Origin: Octopus sinensis
Lineage: Eukaryota
Direction of reading: 5' to 3'
Assembly: GCF_006345805.1 (NCBI RefSeq)
Contig: NC_043010.1
Span: 45,074,001-45,138,000, forward strand
DNA: 64,000 nucleotides
The notes under the pieces are model-generated. The model was not told where the DNA came from. It made no database searches and worked only from the letters and a program-made list of their open reading frames with translations. A program made the position numbers and the translations under genes. This document shows positions 63,846 to 64,000 of the stretch, piece after piece (position 1 is the stretch's first letter; each line of letters begins with the position of its first letter).

Positions 63846-64000
63846 ATTTGAAATGCAAAAATAAGTGCGTGCAAAGAAAGTTAAAGTCTATGGCTATCGG
63901 AAACGTTGCGCGTGTGAGCTTCCATATTTTCTTCGTATCTGTCGAAATGATGCTTCCATGGTCGGCAAATTCCTTGCGTGTCGGCAATGCTGCATTGTTG

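Overview
AT-rich, repeat-dense animal genomic DNA, most likely an octopod cephalopod (inferred from the tRNA-derived SINE families, microsatellite load and gene type; not verifiable here). One host gene is visible: a minus-strand Pif/LamG3-like gene for a probably secreted protein. I spliced six exons by hand (30402->120), encoding three Cys-rich chitin-binding-type modules and a laminin-G/ConA-like domain. Its last exon lies outside the window, and a candidate signal-peptide exon sits at 33698-33769. Its introns hold SINEs, RTE, Tx1-like and Penelope-like LINE relics, a non-autonomous Helitron nested in a TIR element, fold-back elements and two hammerhead-ribozyme motifs. From about 34 to 62.6 kb the sequence is a dense stack of R4/Dong-clade (RT + restriction-like endonuclease) LINEs, two of them essentially full length. 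Mixed in are Tx1-like LINEs and a ~500-bp non-coding element. Nearly all of these sit in TAA/ATT microsatellites with family-specific polarity. Most short ORFs in the track are microsatellite or antisense artefacts. All alignments were done by eye; element boundaries are approximate unless a junction is stated.
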